DNA from: a virus
Lineage: Duplodnaviria > Heunggongvirae > Uroviricota > Caudoviricetes
Strand: one strand, 5' to 3'
DNA: 46,563 nt
IMG/VR virus record: IMGVR_UViG_2721755658_000005
Span: 1 to 46,563 of that record
Of this stretch, positions 21,264 to 31,595 are shown one piece after another. The notes beneath the pieces are model-generated. The model was not told where the DNA came from. It saw nothing but the letters and a program-made list of their open reading frames with translations, and ran no database searches. The position numbers and the translations under genes were made by a program. The first letter of the stretch is position 1, and the number at the start of each line of letters is the position of its first letter.

Positions 21264-22759
21264 TATGCAGACTCCTCTGAATACTGAAGACGGAACTGGT
21301 TAACCACGGCAAAAACACGCAACTGGTTAACATAGTCAGGCGGGAACAGCGTGTTCAGGCGGTTCGGATCGCTGGCATCACGCTCCACAACCAGATACTG
21401 CTTAAACAGTTCGTAGTTTTCCACGATCCCCGCACGCTCAAGCTGACGGTAGGTTGCCAGCAGTTCCCCTTTGATTACCGCCGGGGTGACAATCGCCTGA
21501 CCGGGACCAAAGCGGGTACCGTCGCTGGCAAGCTTGTGACGCCCGTACTTACTGGTAATGACGGATTTCAGTTTGCGCAGTACATACGCACTGGTATGCA
21601 GCGTCTCGCTGTCGAGGTAGCTGTTATCCGCAACCCCGTAAGCATTTTTCCTGTACGTGGTGACATCACGCTGAATGCGCAGCACCCCGCTTTCGACATA
21701 CGCCGTTGCCACGCCATGAGACAGCAGGGTCTGCTGCTCGGTCATCGTGAACCGTTTCCCCTTCGGCGCAGGCAGCATACCCACCAGCTCACCGGTCTGC
21801 GTGGGACGTGCCGGATCGTTGCGGATAAACACCGCTGCGCGGGCGGTACGGCTTGCCGCCAGCTCGTCGGCAGGCGTCTGGGTGTCTTTTTCGTACCCCG
21901 CCAGGGTAATGTGCTGCTGGTTAAACTGGTCACCTGCGGTCACCAGTTCTGACAGCGTGCCGATCTTTGCCGTATACACATGACCATACAGCTGACGCGC
22001 ATAGCTCCAGCGACCGCTGGTATCGTTCATCTCGGTCACCAGCGTGTTAACGGAGGCCGTGTCGTTGAACGGCAGGCCGATATAATCAAACGGCTCATCC
22101 GCCATTGCAGCCACCGCGCCGGTGAGAACAGGAGCGCCCGTTCCGGCGTTCCCCGTCGCCACGGCAATCTGTACGCCCGCTGGCAGCACTTCGCCCCCAC
22201 CGAAGCCGTAGTAATTGAGGCTGACAGGAATTTCATTCCCGCAAAGCCCCTTATGACGCGCGGTCAGTGTGACCACGCCAGCCGAAGATGAAGCTGTAAA
22301 CGGCAGAGTCGGAACGGCATTGATGGCATCTTTGATACTGCTGGCAATCGTCGTGACGTTATCGCCGTTGGTCACCGGAGCCTGCACGCGGGTACGTCCC
22401 ACATAGACATTCATCGTGCCGCTTTCGGTTGCTTCCCCGGTCACCGTCAGCGTAACCGTTGCCGCCGCGCCTGTGGCTTCCGGAACGGCAATCACATACA
22501 GCTCACCAAACGGGTCGGTCTGGCGATAAGCCTCGACCATACGCGCCAGCTGACTTCCCGCACCACAAATCTGGCGTGCATAGTCTGCCGACGGCATCAG
22601 CACCAGACTGTTGGCAACAATCTCTGCACCGTTATTGGCATGACCAATCAGCAGCGATGCTCCGCTGTCCTGTGCAGTATTCGCAGCCTGGTTATCCATT
22701 TCCGCATAAAACAGCGGAACCAGCGTATTCGACGGAATGGTGTTAAAGCTTATCGTCAT
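21263..22759 (-). CDS. Contractile tail sheath protein
   Basis: 498-aa product; size and position before the tube gene. Confidence 0.8.
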   Translation of the reverse strand: MTISFNTIPSNTLVPLFYAEMDNQAANTAQDSGASLLIGHANNGAEIVANSLVLMPSADYARQICGAGSQLARMVEAYRQTDPFGELYVIAVPEATGAAATVTLTVTGEATESGTMNVYVGRTRVQAPVTNGDNVTTIASSIKDAINAVPTLPFTASSSAGVVTLTARHKGLCGNEIPVSLNYYGFGGGEVLPAGVQIAVATGNAGTGAPVLTGAVAAMADEPFDYIGLPFNDTASVNTLVTEMNDTSGRWSYARQLYGHVYTAKIGTLSELVTAGDQFNQQHITLAGYEKDTQTPADELAASRTARAAVFIRNDPARPTQTGELVGMLPAPKGKRFTMTEQQTLLSHGVATAYVESGVLRIQRDVTTYRKNAYGVADNSYLDSETLHTSAYVLRKLKSVITSKYGRHKLASDGTRFGPGQAIVTPAVIKGELLATYRQLERAGIVENYELFKQYLVVERDASDPNRLNTLFPPDYVNQLRVFAVVNQFRLQYSEESA

Positions 22760-22921
22760 CGGTGTTCACCTTTTTATTCACGCGCCGGATATCACCCGCT
22801 GCTTCACGGCGCAGCCAGTAGTTGTTCTCATCAACATTTCGCCCTTCGGCGGGCAAAAGGTCGCCGTGGGCAGGGTCAGGCACTGACCGCCCTTTAACAG
22901 GTTTCACAAACATGATGATCC

Positions 22922-23482
22922 TCAGGAAGGAAGGGGTATTTCGGTGTGATGTTCGATATCGCCGTCAGGCCCGTTACCGGGATCGAGATAATCAACATCA
23001 ATCGCCAGCGTTCGCAGTTCATCCAGACTGTTCAGGTCATCCTGCTGGCGGGTATCGTCTTCGGTCAGCTCGCTGATGACCGAAAAATCGAACTGATAAA
23101 TCAGCTCATGACGATTCAGATCCAGCAGCGTGCCGCCGTCATAGGTAATCGGGTTACCACACGCTTCCGGGTTCCAGCCCAGCAGAGCCTTAAAGAGCAT
23201 CTGCCGGACATCGTCCACCACATCATACGAGGCAAACTGACCGCGCTCATCACGCCCGTTACTCAGTATGACAACCACGGAGAAGCCCTCTTTCAGCTCC
23301 TGCCAGTAGTCGGTCTGGCTTTTGTTTTCTCCCGGAGAGTCATCACCCGGTACCACATATGCCGCCGGGAGCTTCAGCTTTCCGACCTCCGGCAGATTTT
23401 TGAACTGGGCCGCGCCTGCCACCCGGTTTTCAAAATACGGACAGCGGGCACGCAGCGCAGCAATAACAGGAGTCAGTTTCAT
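22922..23482 (-). CDS. Tail completion/terminator-type protein (Gp37-like, DUF1834-type)
   Basis: 186-aa product between the head-completion genes and the sheath. Confidence 0.5.
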   Translation of the reverse strand: MKLTPVIAALRARCPYFENRVAGAAQFKNLPEVGKLKLPAAYVVPGDDSPGENKSQTDYWQELKEGFSVVVILSNGRDERGQFASYDVVDDVRQMLFKALLGWNPEACGNPITYDGGTLLDLNRHELIYQFDFSVISELTEDDTRQQDDLNSLDELRTLAIDVDYLDPGNGPDGDIEHHTEIPLPS

Positions 23483-23985
23483 CTGTGTCGTCGCTCCGGC
23501 TTCAGTGATTTACGCAATTCCCGCGCCAGAAAATAGCGTGTCCAGCTGCGGTTCTTTTCAAGCGTTTCCACCATGAAGTTATTACGTGGAGCCAGTCGCC
23601 AGCCGCTGCCACCGGATGCACCACGATGATGGCTGCGACGACGCTTTGCCCCTCGCCTCACGCCATAGAACAAAAAAGCCGGATAAAAATCACCGGTGAT
23701 ACGACGGTTTCCCTCTCCATTACGCTGGTTAGGGGCTATACGTGCCATAAAACCAGGGCGATGTTTACTGGCTCTGGGTACCATGTAACCAATCGAACGA
23801 GCCAGGCGTCCGGTCTGATAACCGGGGTTTTCACCCGGTGCCGACCGCGCACGGCGCATCACCAGCCGACGGGCATCACGCATATGACGCTGACCAATCG
23901 TGACAAACGCCCGCCGGACACGGGCGCGGTTAAAGCGCATCTCCGCAGGCTGCTGAAAATCAACGTGCAAAAAGGAAGTCGTCAT
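23479..23985 (-). CDS. HK97 gp10-family head-tail joining protein
   Basis: 168-aa basic protein in the head-completion cluster. Confidence 0.5.
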   Translation of the reverse strand: MTTSFLHVDFQQPAEMRFNRARVRRAFVTIGQRHMRDARRLVMRRARSAPGENPGYQTGRLARSIGYMVPRASKHRPGFMARIAPNQRNGEGNRRITGDFYPAFLFYGVRRGAKRRRSHHRGASGGSGWRLAPRNNFMVETLEKNRSWTRYFLARELRKSLKPERRHR

Positions 23986-24370
23986 TGTTGCCTCCGTGAC
24001 TCTGCCTACATTCGCCCAGCTCCGTACACTCCAGCAGCAGAAAGCGCCGCGCCCCGTTCAGATCGCGCTGACGTTTCACCCGGTACACACTGTCACCGCA
24101 GACCACCTCATAATCAGCGGTGATCCCCCGGCGGTAACGAATGGTGATGTAATGGGTGATGGCGTCCCCGGTCTGCGCGGTTTCCTGCCAGGTGGTGGCA
24201 CTGGTCTGGATAACCTTCGCCCATGTCCGGAACGTAACCGGGTATTGAGGCTCCACGCCAAAGTTATCCGCGGGCATATCCACCCGCTGGCGGATCAGGA
24301 CGCGTTTATTCAGTTCACCGGGGTCCGGCAGAATGTAGGTTGCGCTGGTCTGCGCCTGACGAATTTTCAT
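23960..24370 (-). CDS. Head closure / head-tail adaptor protein
   Basis: 136-aa product following the gp6-like connector gene. Confidence 0.55.
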   Translation of the reverse strand: MKIRQAQTSATYILPDPGELNKRVLIRQRVDMPADNFGVEPQYPVTFRTWAKVIQTSATTWQETAQTGDAITHYITIRYRRGITADYEVVCGDSVYRVKRQRDLNGARRFLLLECTELGECRQSHGGNNDDFLFAR

Positions 24371-24690
24371 TGCGGAAAGTACCTGTACGGGCCGACAAGC
24401 CAGCCAAAACTCTGCGGCATGTCGAGTTTCTCCACTTCCGTAACCGACGAGCGGTTTTCGTAAAAATGGCTGATAAGCATCAGCATCCCCAGACGAATAT
24501 CATCCGGCAGGTGCAGCCCGTCCGGATCGCTGTCCGGAATGGTTTCATCCGGTGCATAGAGCTTCCGGTTCAGATACGTTTCCGTCCGCTTTTGTGCCGC
24601 ACAGGCCAGCAGTTGCAGATGGCGGTCATCAGCATCGAAATCCTCATCCAGCCGGAGTTGGGCTTTAATCTCTTCCATTGTCAGAAGCAT
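24367..24690 (-). CDS. Head-tail connector protein (gp6-like)
   Basis: 107-aa product MLLTMEEIKAQLRLDEDFDADD downstream of the capsid gene. Confidence 0.6.
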   Translation of the reverse strand: MLLTMEEIKAQLRLDEDFDADDRHLQLLACAAQKRTETYLNRKLYAPDETIPDSDPDGLHLPDDIRLGMLMLISHFYENRSSVTEVEKLDMPQSFGWLVGPYRYFPQ

Positions 24691-24692
24691 AC

Positions 24693-24893
24693 TCAGCCCT
24701 CTTTACTGGTCGTGGCTTTTTTCTCTTTTGTCGCTTTACTGCTTTTTGCACTGGTTCCGCGCTCTGCTAACCCGGCCTGAAGTGCAATCTCCTGCACCCG
24801 GGCAGGAAGCGCCCCGTCGTCATACTCACCGGCCCGAATGACCTCAACACGCATACCGTCCGGTGACCATTTCAGATCTTGTTTCAGGATCAT
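24693..24893 (-). CDS. Small hypothetical head-module protein
   Basis: 66-aa ORF between capsid and connector genes with lysine-rich C-terminus. Confidence 0.35.
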   Translation of the reverse strand: MILKQDLKWSPDGMRVEVIRAGEYDDGALPARVQEIALQAGLAERGTSAKSSKATKEKKATTSKEG

Positions 24894-24941
24894 GATTCTT
24901 CACCCGTCAGAACAGGGGCGCGGTTCCGCGCCCCTGAGTGA

Positions 24942-26147
24942 TTACGCCACTGCAATCTTCAGCAGTTTGATGGCCTGCGAATCGACCAGCATGCCGCCGG
25001 TGCGTTTGGTGGTATAAAAACCGACAAACGGTTTATTGGTGTACGGGTCACGCAGAATGCGGGTGCCGATACGGTCAACGATGGTGTAACCCCGTTTGAA
25101 GTTACCAAATGCAATGGCTTTCGCATCAGCGGCGATATCCGGCATCTGTTCGTTTTCAGCGATACCGTAACCCGCCAGAGAGGACGGCTGCCCCAGCTCC
25201 AGCCCCGGACGCCACAGATAGTTACCCTCGCTGTCTTTCAGCAGACGGATGGCAAACAGGCTGTTGTTGTTCATCATGAACTTCGCGCCTGTGCGGTGTG
25301 CCTTACGCAGCGTGTAAATCAGTTTGATAATGGCGTCTGCGGTCACCGCCGTCGCGTCGCCGGATACAATATGCTGAAGTTTGCCGAACGCCCGGACCTT
25401 ATCGGTTTCATCCGTGGATTCATACGCCAGGAACCCTTTCGGCTTCTTGGTACCATCGCCGGTGGTAAAGGCAATTTCTTCCTGTTCGGCAAATTCGGTT
25501 GCCAGCTCGCTGTTGATCCATGCTTCCACGTTGAAAAAGGCATCATCCAGCATTTTCTGGGTGGCCTGCGGGTTACCGTAGATTTCCCCCATGAAAGGTT
25601 CAATCAGGCCCAGTTTTGAGGTGGCAGTCTGGGAGCGCGCGTCAGTCTCGCCAACCCATCCGGAAGCCGTGCCGCCCAGATTCACCAGTTTTTTGTAGTC
25701 GGAACCACCAACGGTGATCACCGTGGCTTCCTGGCGCATCACCACTTCATCTTTCAGCAGGGTGAGAATGTTGCGATCCAGTGCTTCCGGCACGGCATAG
25801 CCGCCGTCTTCATCGGTGCCCACCTGTAATGCCTTGCGCTCCAGATCGCGCAGACCATCTTCACGGCCTTTACGCAGGAAGCCCACAAACGCTTCTTTAT
25901 GCTCGGTGGCCAGTTTATTTTGCGCACCACCTGCCGGACGTTTCAGCTCAAGCAGCTCTTTTTCAAGGTCGCTTTTGAGATTTTCCAGCTCGCTGAGTTT
26001 CCCGTTCAGGGTTTCCACCTGCCCGGCAAGCTTGCCTTTTTCCTGCTCAATCGCATCCACGCGCTTGTCGTTCTTTGCTTTGAAGTCGTCAAACTTCTGC
26101 TGCAGCTCCTGCGCGACCTGTTCGACATCTTTAATATCAACCGCCAT
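24942..26147 (-). CDS. Major capsid protein (HK97 fold)
   Basis: 401-aa product with N-terminal coiled-coil delta-domain-like region; follows the prohead protease gene. Confidence 0.8.
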   Translation of the reverse strand: MAVDIKDVEQVAQELQQKFDDFKAKNDKRVDAIEQEKGKLAGQVETLNGKLSELENLKSDLEKELLELKRPAGGAQNKLATEHKEAFVGFLRKGREDGLRDLERKALQVGTDEDGGYAVPEALDRNILTLLKDEVVMRQEATVITVGGSDYKKLVNLGGTASGWVGETDARSQTATSKLGLIEPFMGEIYGNPQATQKMLDDAFFNVEAWINSELATEFAEQEEIAFTTGDGTKKPKGFLAYESTDETDKVRAFGKLQHIVSGDATAVTADAIIKLIYTLRKAHRTGAKFMMNNNSLFAIRLLKDSEGNYLWRPGLELGQPSSLAGYGIAENEQMPDIAADAKAIAFGNFKRGYTIVDRIGTRILRDPYTNKPFVGFYTTKRTGGMLVDSQAIKLLKIAVA

Positions 26148-26161
26148 CGTATTTCTCCTGA

Positions 26162-26848
26162 TTAGAAGTTCAGATTTTTCAGTGCATTCAGTGCAGAGCC
26201 CACATCCTCAGCGTCGCGCAGGGACAGTGCGCCATAGCCCCCGGCCATGAATGCTTTGGCCTGGGTACGGGAGAGTCCGACATCACGCAGGACTCTTTCG
26301 ATTTTTTTCTGTTCGGGGATTTCCCCGCGGGCCAGTGCGTTCTTGACGTCGCTGATCCGCGCCTCGTCGTTAGACGGGAACGTCACCAGGCTGACTTCCC
26401 AGAGGTCGATTTCTTTCAGCAGAAAGGCTTCTTTGCTCCGGTCGTATTCCCAGTCTTTCAGGACGTACCCAATAGAAAGGCCGGTTAACGAACCGGCCTT
26501 CATGTGTGCATGTGCGCGTTTTGCGAGGGGATCATCATCAATAAGCAACCGTCCCCTGACGTAAAGCCCGACATCGTCTTCCTTCATTTCGGTGTAAACA
26601 CCGATGGGTTCATCCATGCGGTGCTGCCAGAGCAGCGCAGGTAACGCTTTTCTGTCACTCCACGCCCGCAGGGAAGCAGCAAATGCCCCGGACATCACCA
26701 CATCATCGTGGCTGTCCTTTACACCAAAGACGGAGCCATACCCTTCAAACTCACCGGAGTCACTGACAGATTTCAGACTCAGCGGTACATCAAGACGTTG
26801 TTTCGTCTGCATTGGCGTTATCCTTCTGCTTACCGGCTTTACTGCCAT
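26162..26848 (-). CDS. Prohead protease (HK97 family)
   Basis: 228-aa product between portal and capsid genes; start may be at an internal Met. Confidence 0.7.
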   Translation of the reverse strand: MAVKPVSRRITPMQTKQRLDVPLSLKSVSDSGEFEGYGSVFGVKDSHDDVVMSGAFAASLRAWSDRKALPALLWQHRMDEPIGVYTEMKEDDVGLYVRGRLLIDDDPLAKRAHAHMKAGSLTGLSIGYVLKDWEYDRSKEAFLLKEIDLWEVSLVTFPSNDEARISDVKNALARGEIPEQKKIERVLRDVGLSRTQAKAFMAGGYGALSLRDAEDVGSALNALKNLNF

Positions 26849-28031
26849 CGGAGGGTTTCGTGGTCATGTTCATCGGTGTGAGATAGACATCACCACCGGG
26901 ACGCGGATTCATATCTTCCAGGTCGCGGCAGTCATTGGGAGAGTAAATTCCCCAGTTAATCCCGGTGGCGTAGGCTTCAAAACGGGACTTCATATCCCCG
27001 CGCAGTAACGCCCCGGCGTTAAATTTGGCGTAATAAACGCCCTGCTTACTTTTTCGTACCAGTCCGGTGTTGATCCGCTGTTCGATGCGGGTCAGATACG
27101 GCACCAGTGAATAGTTGATAAATCCGAGCCCCAGTTCTTCGATATTGTTGAAGGTGGCGCGATCGGTGTTCTGCACCATGTGCAACGGTACCCGGAACAG
27201 ACGACAGATTTCTTCAAGCTGAAACTTGCGGGTTTCCAGGAACTGGCTGTCCTCGGCGTTCAGCGCCATCGACTTCCAGTCCAGCCCCATCTCAAGGATC
27301 ATCGGGCGGTGAGCATTGCCAAGCCCGGTGTGACGCTCCTCAAAATCTTTCTTCAGGCGCTCGTAAGCCTGATCTGACAGCGTCTGCTCTGTACGCAACA
27401 CACCCGACGTCACCGCGCCATTGCTGAACAGTCTGGCCCCGTGCTCTTCGGTCGCTGCCGCCAGCGATATTGCCTCGCGGGCATAGGCGATGGGATTCAG
27501 CCCCACCAGTCCGTCCAGCGTCAGCGTGCGCACATGCCAGATATCCTCCTGGCTCAGTACATCCGTGGAGCCATCCGGGAATGTGACCTGATAGACCGGC
27601 TCCCAGCTACTGTTAAGCTTCGGTACCACACAGCCGGGATCGACGGGCAGCAGTTCAGCCACTTCGCCAAATGCTTTCACTTTGTAGGCATAAAAGTTTC
27701 CCCGCAGGCACAGACAGGTGACCACCAGCTCCCAGAACTCCTGCGGCGTCATATAGCCATTGGGATGCGTGGAGATCAGCTTATGCAGACGTTCGCCAGT
27801 GGCTCTCTGCTTCAGGCTGCCGTTCAGGCGATACAGGTTGCATGGCAACATCCCGACCGACTCCGCCAGCACCCTGACGCAGGAAAAAACCGCCGTCAGT
27901 CGCATGGCCCTCTGGCTGCTGATCTGCTTTCCGGTATAGGTGTCGTATGACAGCCCGATAGCATCCACCAGCTCTGCTGGCGTGGTCACCGGTGCGTCAC
28001 TTTTTCGTTGAAATAATCCCGAAAAGAACAC
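26790..28031 (-). CDS. Portal protein (HK97 family)
   Basis: 413-aa product directly after the large terminase gene. Confidence 0.8.
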   Translation of the reverse strand: MFFSGLFQRKSDAPVTTPAELVDAIGLSYDTYTGKQISSQRAMRLTAVFSCVRVLAESVGMLPCNLYRLNGSLKQRATGERLHKLISTHPNGYMTPQEFWELVVTCLCLRGNFYAYKVKAFGEVAELLPVDPGCVVPKLNSSWEPVYQVTFPDGSTDVLSQEDIWHVRTLTLDGLVGLNPIAYAREAISLAAATEEHGARLFSNGAVTSGVLRTEQTLSDQAYERLKKDFEERHTGLGNAHRPMILEMGLDWKSMALNAEDSQFLETRKFQLEEICRLFRVPLHMVQNTDRATFNNIEELGLGFINYSLVPYLTRIEQRINTGLVRKSKQGVYYAKFNAGALLRGDMKSRFEAYATGINWGIYSPNDCRDLEDMNPRPGGDVYLTPMNMTTKPSDGSKAGKQKDNANADETTS

Positions 28032-28213
28032 TATTTACCTCCACCAACAGACATCTGTGTACGGTCGAGATATCGCGCCACCAGCCACGACCAGAACAGG
28101 CACAACGCCCCGGCAACAACAAACCCCGCCGGGGGATAAATCAGCCAGGCACCATACGCCAGCAAAAGCACCCCCAGCACGCCCACCAGAGGCGCGAGAA
28201 TCAGCATGATCAT
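28031..28213 (-). CDS. Small membrane protein
   Basis: 60-aa ORF with two hydrophobic helices between terminase and portal genes. Confidence 0.4.
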   Translation of the reverse strand: MIMLILAPLVGVLGVLLLAYGAWLIYPPAGFVVAGALCLFWSWLVARYLDRTQMSVGGGK

Positions 28214-28224
28214 AATTACCTCAG

Positions 28225-29958
28225 TTAAAGCGAGCGGATCCCGTAGGACTCAATGTGGTCGGACAGCGTGTCTTCTTTCTCATACAGCATGGCTCTGCCA
28301 ACCGCCATAATCAGCGCAACTGCACCATCGATTTTGTTTTCCGCCTGCTCTTTGACGGGCTTCACCACATCATCGTTACCCGGAATGGTTTTGCCGACCA
28401 CGTTGCCGATACACCAGGTCATGATGGGATTGCCATCATGATGAAAGCGCCCCGATTCAATTGCCGCTTCCAGCTCTTTCATCGGGTCGGACATGTTGGT
28501 GTAGTTCTGAATGATAGTGATGGGGTTCAGGTCTTCATCAGCAAGGTCATGTGACAACCCGGTCGCCCCGAAGGGGTCAATGGGTGACTCACTGACCGGG
28601 CTGATTTTGTTCGCCGCTTTGGCCTCCTCGAGGATGTAGCGATAATCCACCTCCGCACCATCGGTAACGGTCAGAACGCCCATTTCCACCCATTTCTGAA
28701 AGCGTTCGGCTGTCCGTCGATCTTCATTTTTCTCGACGCTGTACACCGTGTCATACGGTACCCAGAAACGCGGGGCCACACTGTAGTAATGCGTTTTACC
28801 GTCAATCTCGCGGGTATAAAGTCGCGCCATGCTGTTCATATCCAGCTTACGCGCCAGGTCAAAGGCCAGAATGCACGGTTGCCCCTCGAACTGCTCAAGG
28901 GTCAGTGATTTATCCTCGCAGCTCTGCCAGCTCACCAGGTTGAAATACGCCGAACGCGCCGACACCCAGATATTGAGGTGTTTTGTTTTAAAGACGTTTG
29001 CCAGACGGGCGTTATTTTTCGCACGCTGCTGCTGACTTAACAAAAATTCGCGATAAACCGACACGCCAATATTCGGGTTAGCTTTTTCCAGCACCTGCGG
29101 GTCGGTCCAGTCATCGCCTTCGTCAACGGTATAGATGATCCCGAACAATTCATCGTTGGGTACCGAACCGTTGAGCATCTCGATAACTTCCCGCCGCTTG
29201 TCGTAGCACGGCCCCTCAATGTTGTACCCGGCGGTGGTGATGGCCCACATCAGTGGCTGACGTCGCGCGCCCATCCCGGTAAGCATCGTGGTATAAAGCG
29301 CATCGGTGGCGTGCTCGTGATATTCATCCACCACGGCACAGTGGGGTGATGAACCATCACCGGGGTTACCGATCAGCGGTTCAAACCGCGCGCCATCCTC
29401 CGGACGGTTCATGTTTGAGGCGTTAACCTCAATCCCGAACGCTTCCGTCAGCATGGGTGTGCGTTTACACATCAGTCGCGCCGGGCGAAAGACTTCCCAC
29501 GCCTGTTTCTCTGTCGTGGCACCGGAATACACTTCCGCGCCAAACTCGTTATCACAGGCAAAACAATACAGGGCAACACCGGCAGAGATTGCCGATTTGC
29601 CGTTCTTACGGGGGATTTCGGTATACACCTCCCTGAAGCGGCGCAGCCGGGAGCCTTTATTGACCCAGCCAAACGCACAGCAGATCACAAAGAGCTGCCA
29701 CGGTTCCAGCGTGATGGGCATCCTCTTGAATGCCCACTCCCCCTTGGTGTGTGGCAACAGCTGAATAAATTTCGCGGCCCGTTCAGCCAGGTCCTTGTCG
29801 AAGCGGTAACGAAACGACTTACTTTTTTCCGCCATCAGGTCATCAAGATGGCGCTGGCAGGCCTGAATCACAAACTGGCAGGCCACAATCTTTCCGCGCA
29901 CGACATCACGGGCATACTGATTGGCAGCATTTACGTTGGGGTAAGATTTCCGGCTCAT
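28225..29958 (-). CDS. Terminase large subunit
   Basis: 577-aa product; ATPase motif context [10 protein letters not shown]; C-terminal nuclease region. Confidence 0.85.
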   Translation of the reverse strand: MSRKSYPNVNAANQYARDVVRGKIVACQFVIQACQRHLDDLMAEKSKSFRYRFDKDLAERAAKFIQLLPHTKGEWAFKRMPITLEPWQLFVICCAFGWVNKGSRLRRFREVYTEIPRKNGKSAISAGVALYCFACDNEFGAEVYSGATTEKQAWEVFRPARLMCKRTPMLTEAFGIEVNASNMNRPEDGARFEPLIGNPGDGSSPHCAVVDEYHEHATDALYTTMLTGMGARRQPLMWAITTAGYNIEGPCYDKRREVIEMLNGSVPNDELFGIIYTVDEGDDWTDPQVLEKANPNIGVSVYREFLLSQQQRAKNNARLANVFKTKHLNIWVSARSAYFNLVSWQSCEDKSLTLEQFEGQPCILAFDLARKLDMNSMARLYTREIDGKTHYYSVAPRFWVPYDTVYSVEKNEDRRTAERFQKWVEMGVLTVTDGAEVDYRYILEEAKAANKISPVSESPIDPFGATGLSHDLADEDLNPITIIQNYTNMSDPMKELEAAIESGRFHHDGNPIMTWCIGNVVGKTIPGNDDVVKPVKEQAENKIDGAVALIMAVGRAMLYEKEDTLSDHIESYGIRSL

Positions 29959-30458
29959 GATTCGATGATTTTCAGAAACGGGTTAGTGGCTTTCTTCTGC
30001 CCCGCCAGGCCAATCAGACGCTGGCGGCTGCTGGGGTCGAGTCCGAGCATTGCCCCCGTGCTGCTCATCTCGGACTCCTGTTCTTTCTTGGCGGTCAGCT
30101 CCGGATTTTTGACCATACCGCCCATTGCACCGGTGATGGTGTTGCCCTGTCTGGCAATATTTTTCACGGCACGTCGCCAGAACTCATAGGCCACGCACCA
30201 CCGCTCAAGTACCGCTAGGTCAGTCACGCACAGCAGGCCCTGACCGCAGAGTTCTTTGGTTGTCAGTTGCCACATGATCGTGGCGAGAGGGAGATCCTCT
30301 TCAGCGAACCACTCCGGTGGCTCAACACCTTTGATGGGCGTAAAAACAGGTTCATCTTTGTTCAGGGCTCGCTTGCCGGGGTTTCCGGACAGCGCCTTGC
30401 GCGCCGTTGGCTTGGGGCGACGCCCGGAACGCCCCGCCGTTCCAGCCATATGCGGCAC
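29955..30458 (-). CDS. Terminase small subunit (P27 family)
   Basis: 167-aa product with basic N-terminus, immediately upstream of TerL. Confidence 0.75.
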   Translation of the reverse strand: MPHMAGTAGRSGRRPKPTARKALSGNPGKRALNKDEPVFTPIKGVEPPEWFAEEDLPLATIMWQLTTKELCGQGLLCVTDLAVLERWCVAYEFWRRAVKNIARQGNTITGAMGGMVKNPELTAKKEQESEMSSTGAMLGLDPSSRQRLIGLAGQKKATNPFLKIIES

Positions 30459-30574
30459 TCCTGGTTAAATTTCATTTTTCGCGGGTATAAAAAAACGATG
30501 GGGCGGGCAGTCCGGAAGACGTCAGGCCGCAGGGATTTGACCCGCCCCTCCCCTCAGGCAGTTGAGAATCATTA

Positions 30575-30925
30575 TCACTTCAACCGTTCACGGGCCGTCT
30601 TCGCCTTATGACACGGCCAGCACAGACTCTGCAGATTACAGTCGGCATCAGTGCCGCCATGCGCTTTAGGGATGATGTGGTCAACAGTTTTCGCCTCACG
30701 CACCACACCAGCACGCAGACATAGCTGACACAGGCCTTTGTCACGCTTCAGGACACGCACGCGGATAACATCCCACTTCGAACCATAACCGCGCTGATGA
30801 CGAGATTGTCCTGGCTTGTATTGCTTCCAGCCTTCGCTTTTATGGCTTTCACAATAGCCTGACGGGTCAGTAGTGGTATTGCGGCAACCGCGAACGCGGC
30901 AGGCTTTTGGTGTTCGTGGCGGCAT
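30575..30925 (-). CDS. HNH endonuclease (packaging-associated)
   Basis: Cys-rich 116-aa product with HNH context DHIIPKAHGGTD...CWPCH; sits upstream of the terminase genes. Confidence 0.8.
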   Translation of the reverse strand: MPPRTPKACRVRGCRNTTTDPSGYCESHKSEGWKQYKPGQSRHQRGYGSKWDVIRVRVLKRDKGLCQLCLRAGVVREAKTVDHIIPKAHGGTDADCNLQSLCWPCHKAKTARERLK

Positions 30926-30977
30926 ATCTACTCCAATGAAAAAGCCACCGGTTGATAACCGATGGCTTTGATTGTTC

Positions 30978-31349
30978 TTACCTGTTTTGAAGAATCTCCC
31001 GCTTTCTTACAATACATTCCGTCGTTTCTCTATAGCTGCACACGTGCTCCCGTGAACATTGGTATGTGTGCAATTCGCCGATGGCATCACCGATACCAGT
31101 CAGCACATCTTTTTCATGCAGAATGGTCACCTGCAGACGGTTGGTTGGGCAGATAATGTTTGAATAGTTCATTTTGGTGTCTCCTTTGCTTTCGAGACAC
31201 CAAAATCCCATCACGACACGTTTACCGCCACAAACATTATTGCAGGCACCCATTGAATACCTGCGGGACTGATAAACACAGCCTCCTCCATACGTAGTGA
31301 AACCATTTTCATATCTCCAGTAATGAATTCTTTGAAGAGTCGCAATCAA
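30978..31349 (-). CDS. Hypothetical Cys-rich protein (uncertain; non-ATG start)
   Basis: Tracked ORF begins at a TTG; internal Met alternatives exist; no recognisable family. Confidence 0.25.
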   Translation of the reverse strand: MIATLQRIHYWRYENGFTTYGGGCVYQSRRYSMGACNNVCGGKRVVMGFWCLESKGDTKMNYSNIICPTNRLQVTILHEKDVLTGIGDAIGELHTYQCSREHVCSYRETTECIVRKREILQNR

Positions 31350-31370
31350 TACGACTCACTAATGGGGAGG
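31348..31370 (+). promoter_or_regulatory. T7-type phage RNA polymerase promoter-like motif
   Basis: aatacgactcactaatggggagg against T7 consensus taatacgactcactatagggaga; 14 contiguous matches across -16 to -3, GGG at +1 to +3. Confidence 0.5.
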
Positions 31371-31403
31371 CATGTCCAACGCGTTGGACGAGTTGCCTAC
31401 TTG

Positions 31404-31425
31404 ATTTAGGTGACACTTTAGAAGG
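31404..31425 (+). promoter_or_regulatory. SP6-type phage RNA polymerase promoter-like motif
   Basis: atttaggtgacactttagaagg against SP6 consensus atttaggtgacactatagaag; one mismatch. Confidence 0.5.
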
Positions 31426-31472
31426 ACAGAATGCCTTCCTCACTCAAATAACATCAATTAAGGAGGTTCAAC

Positions 31473-31595
31473 ATGCTTCGTTCCAAAAATCAGTTGACTG
31501 TAATTATTACTACGTCACCTTATGCCGAAGACCTTTTCCGCTTCACTTTGAGCCTGATTCACTTCTACCTGACCGGCTCGCCTCTATCCTTCTGA
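31473..31595 (+). CDS. 40-codon ORF with strong RBS downstream of the tandem phage-type promoter motifs
   Basis: aaggagg 6 nt upstream of ATG; translation MLRSKNQLTVIITTSPYAEDLFRFTLSLIHFYLTGSPLSF; antisense to the Rz1 3' end. Confidence 0.3.
   Translation: MLRSKNQLTVIITTSPYAEDLFRFTLSLIHFYLTGSPLSF

Noticed and set aside
21536-26250. Numerous ORFs of 60-150 aa overlapping or antisense to the large structural genes (for example 21536..21952, 25816..26250)
   Set aside because: They are embedded in longer genes with clear phage homology and have low-complexity Arg/Pro/Ser-rich translations typical of off-frame reading of GC-rich DNA.
31340-31430. T7 and SP6 promoter motifs as cloning-vector contamination
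   Set aside because: Both motifs differ from the exact vector sequences in the TATA portion (CACTAAT and CACTTTAG), they are in tandem rather than convergent around a polylinker, and the flanking sequence is phage-like on both sides. Engineered origin cannot be fully excluded without a database search.
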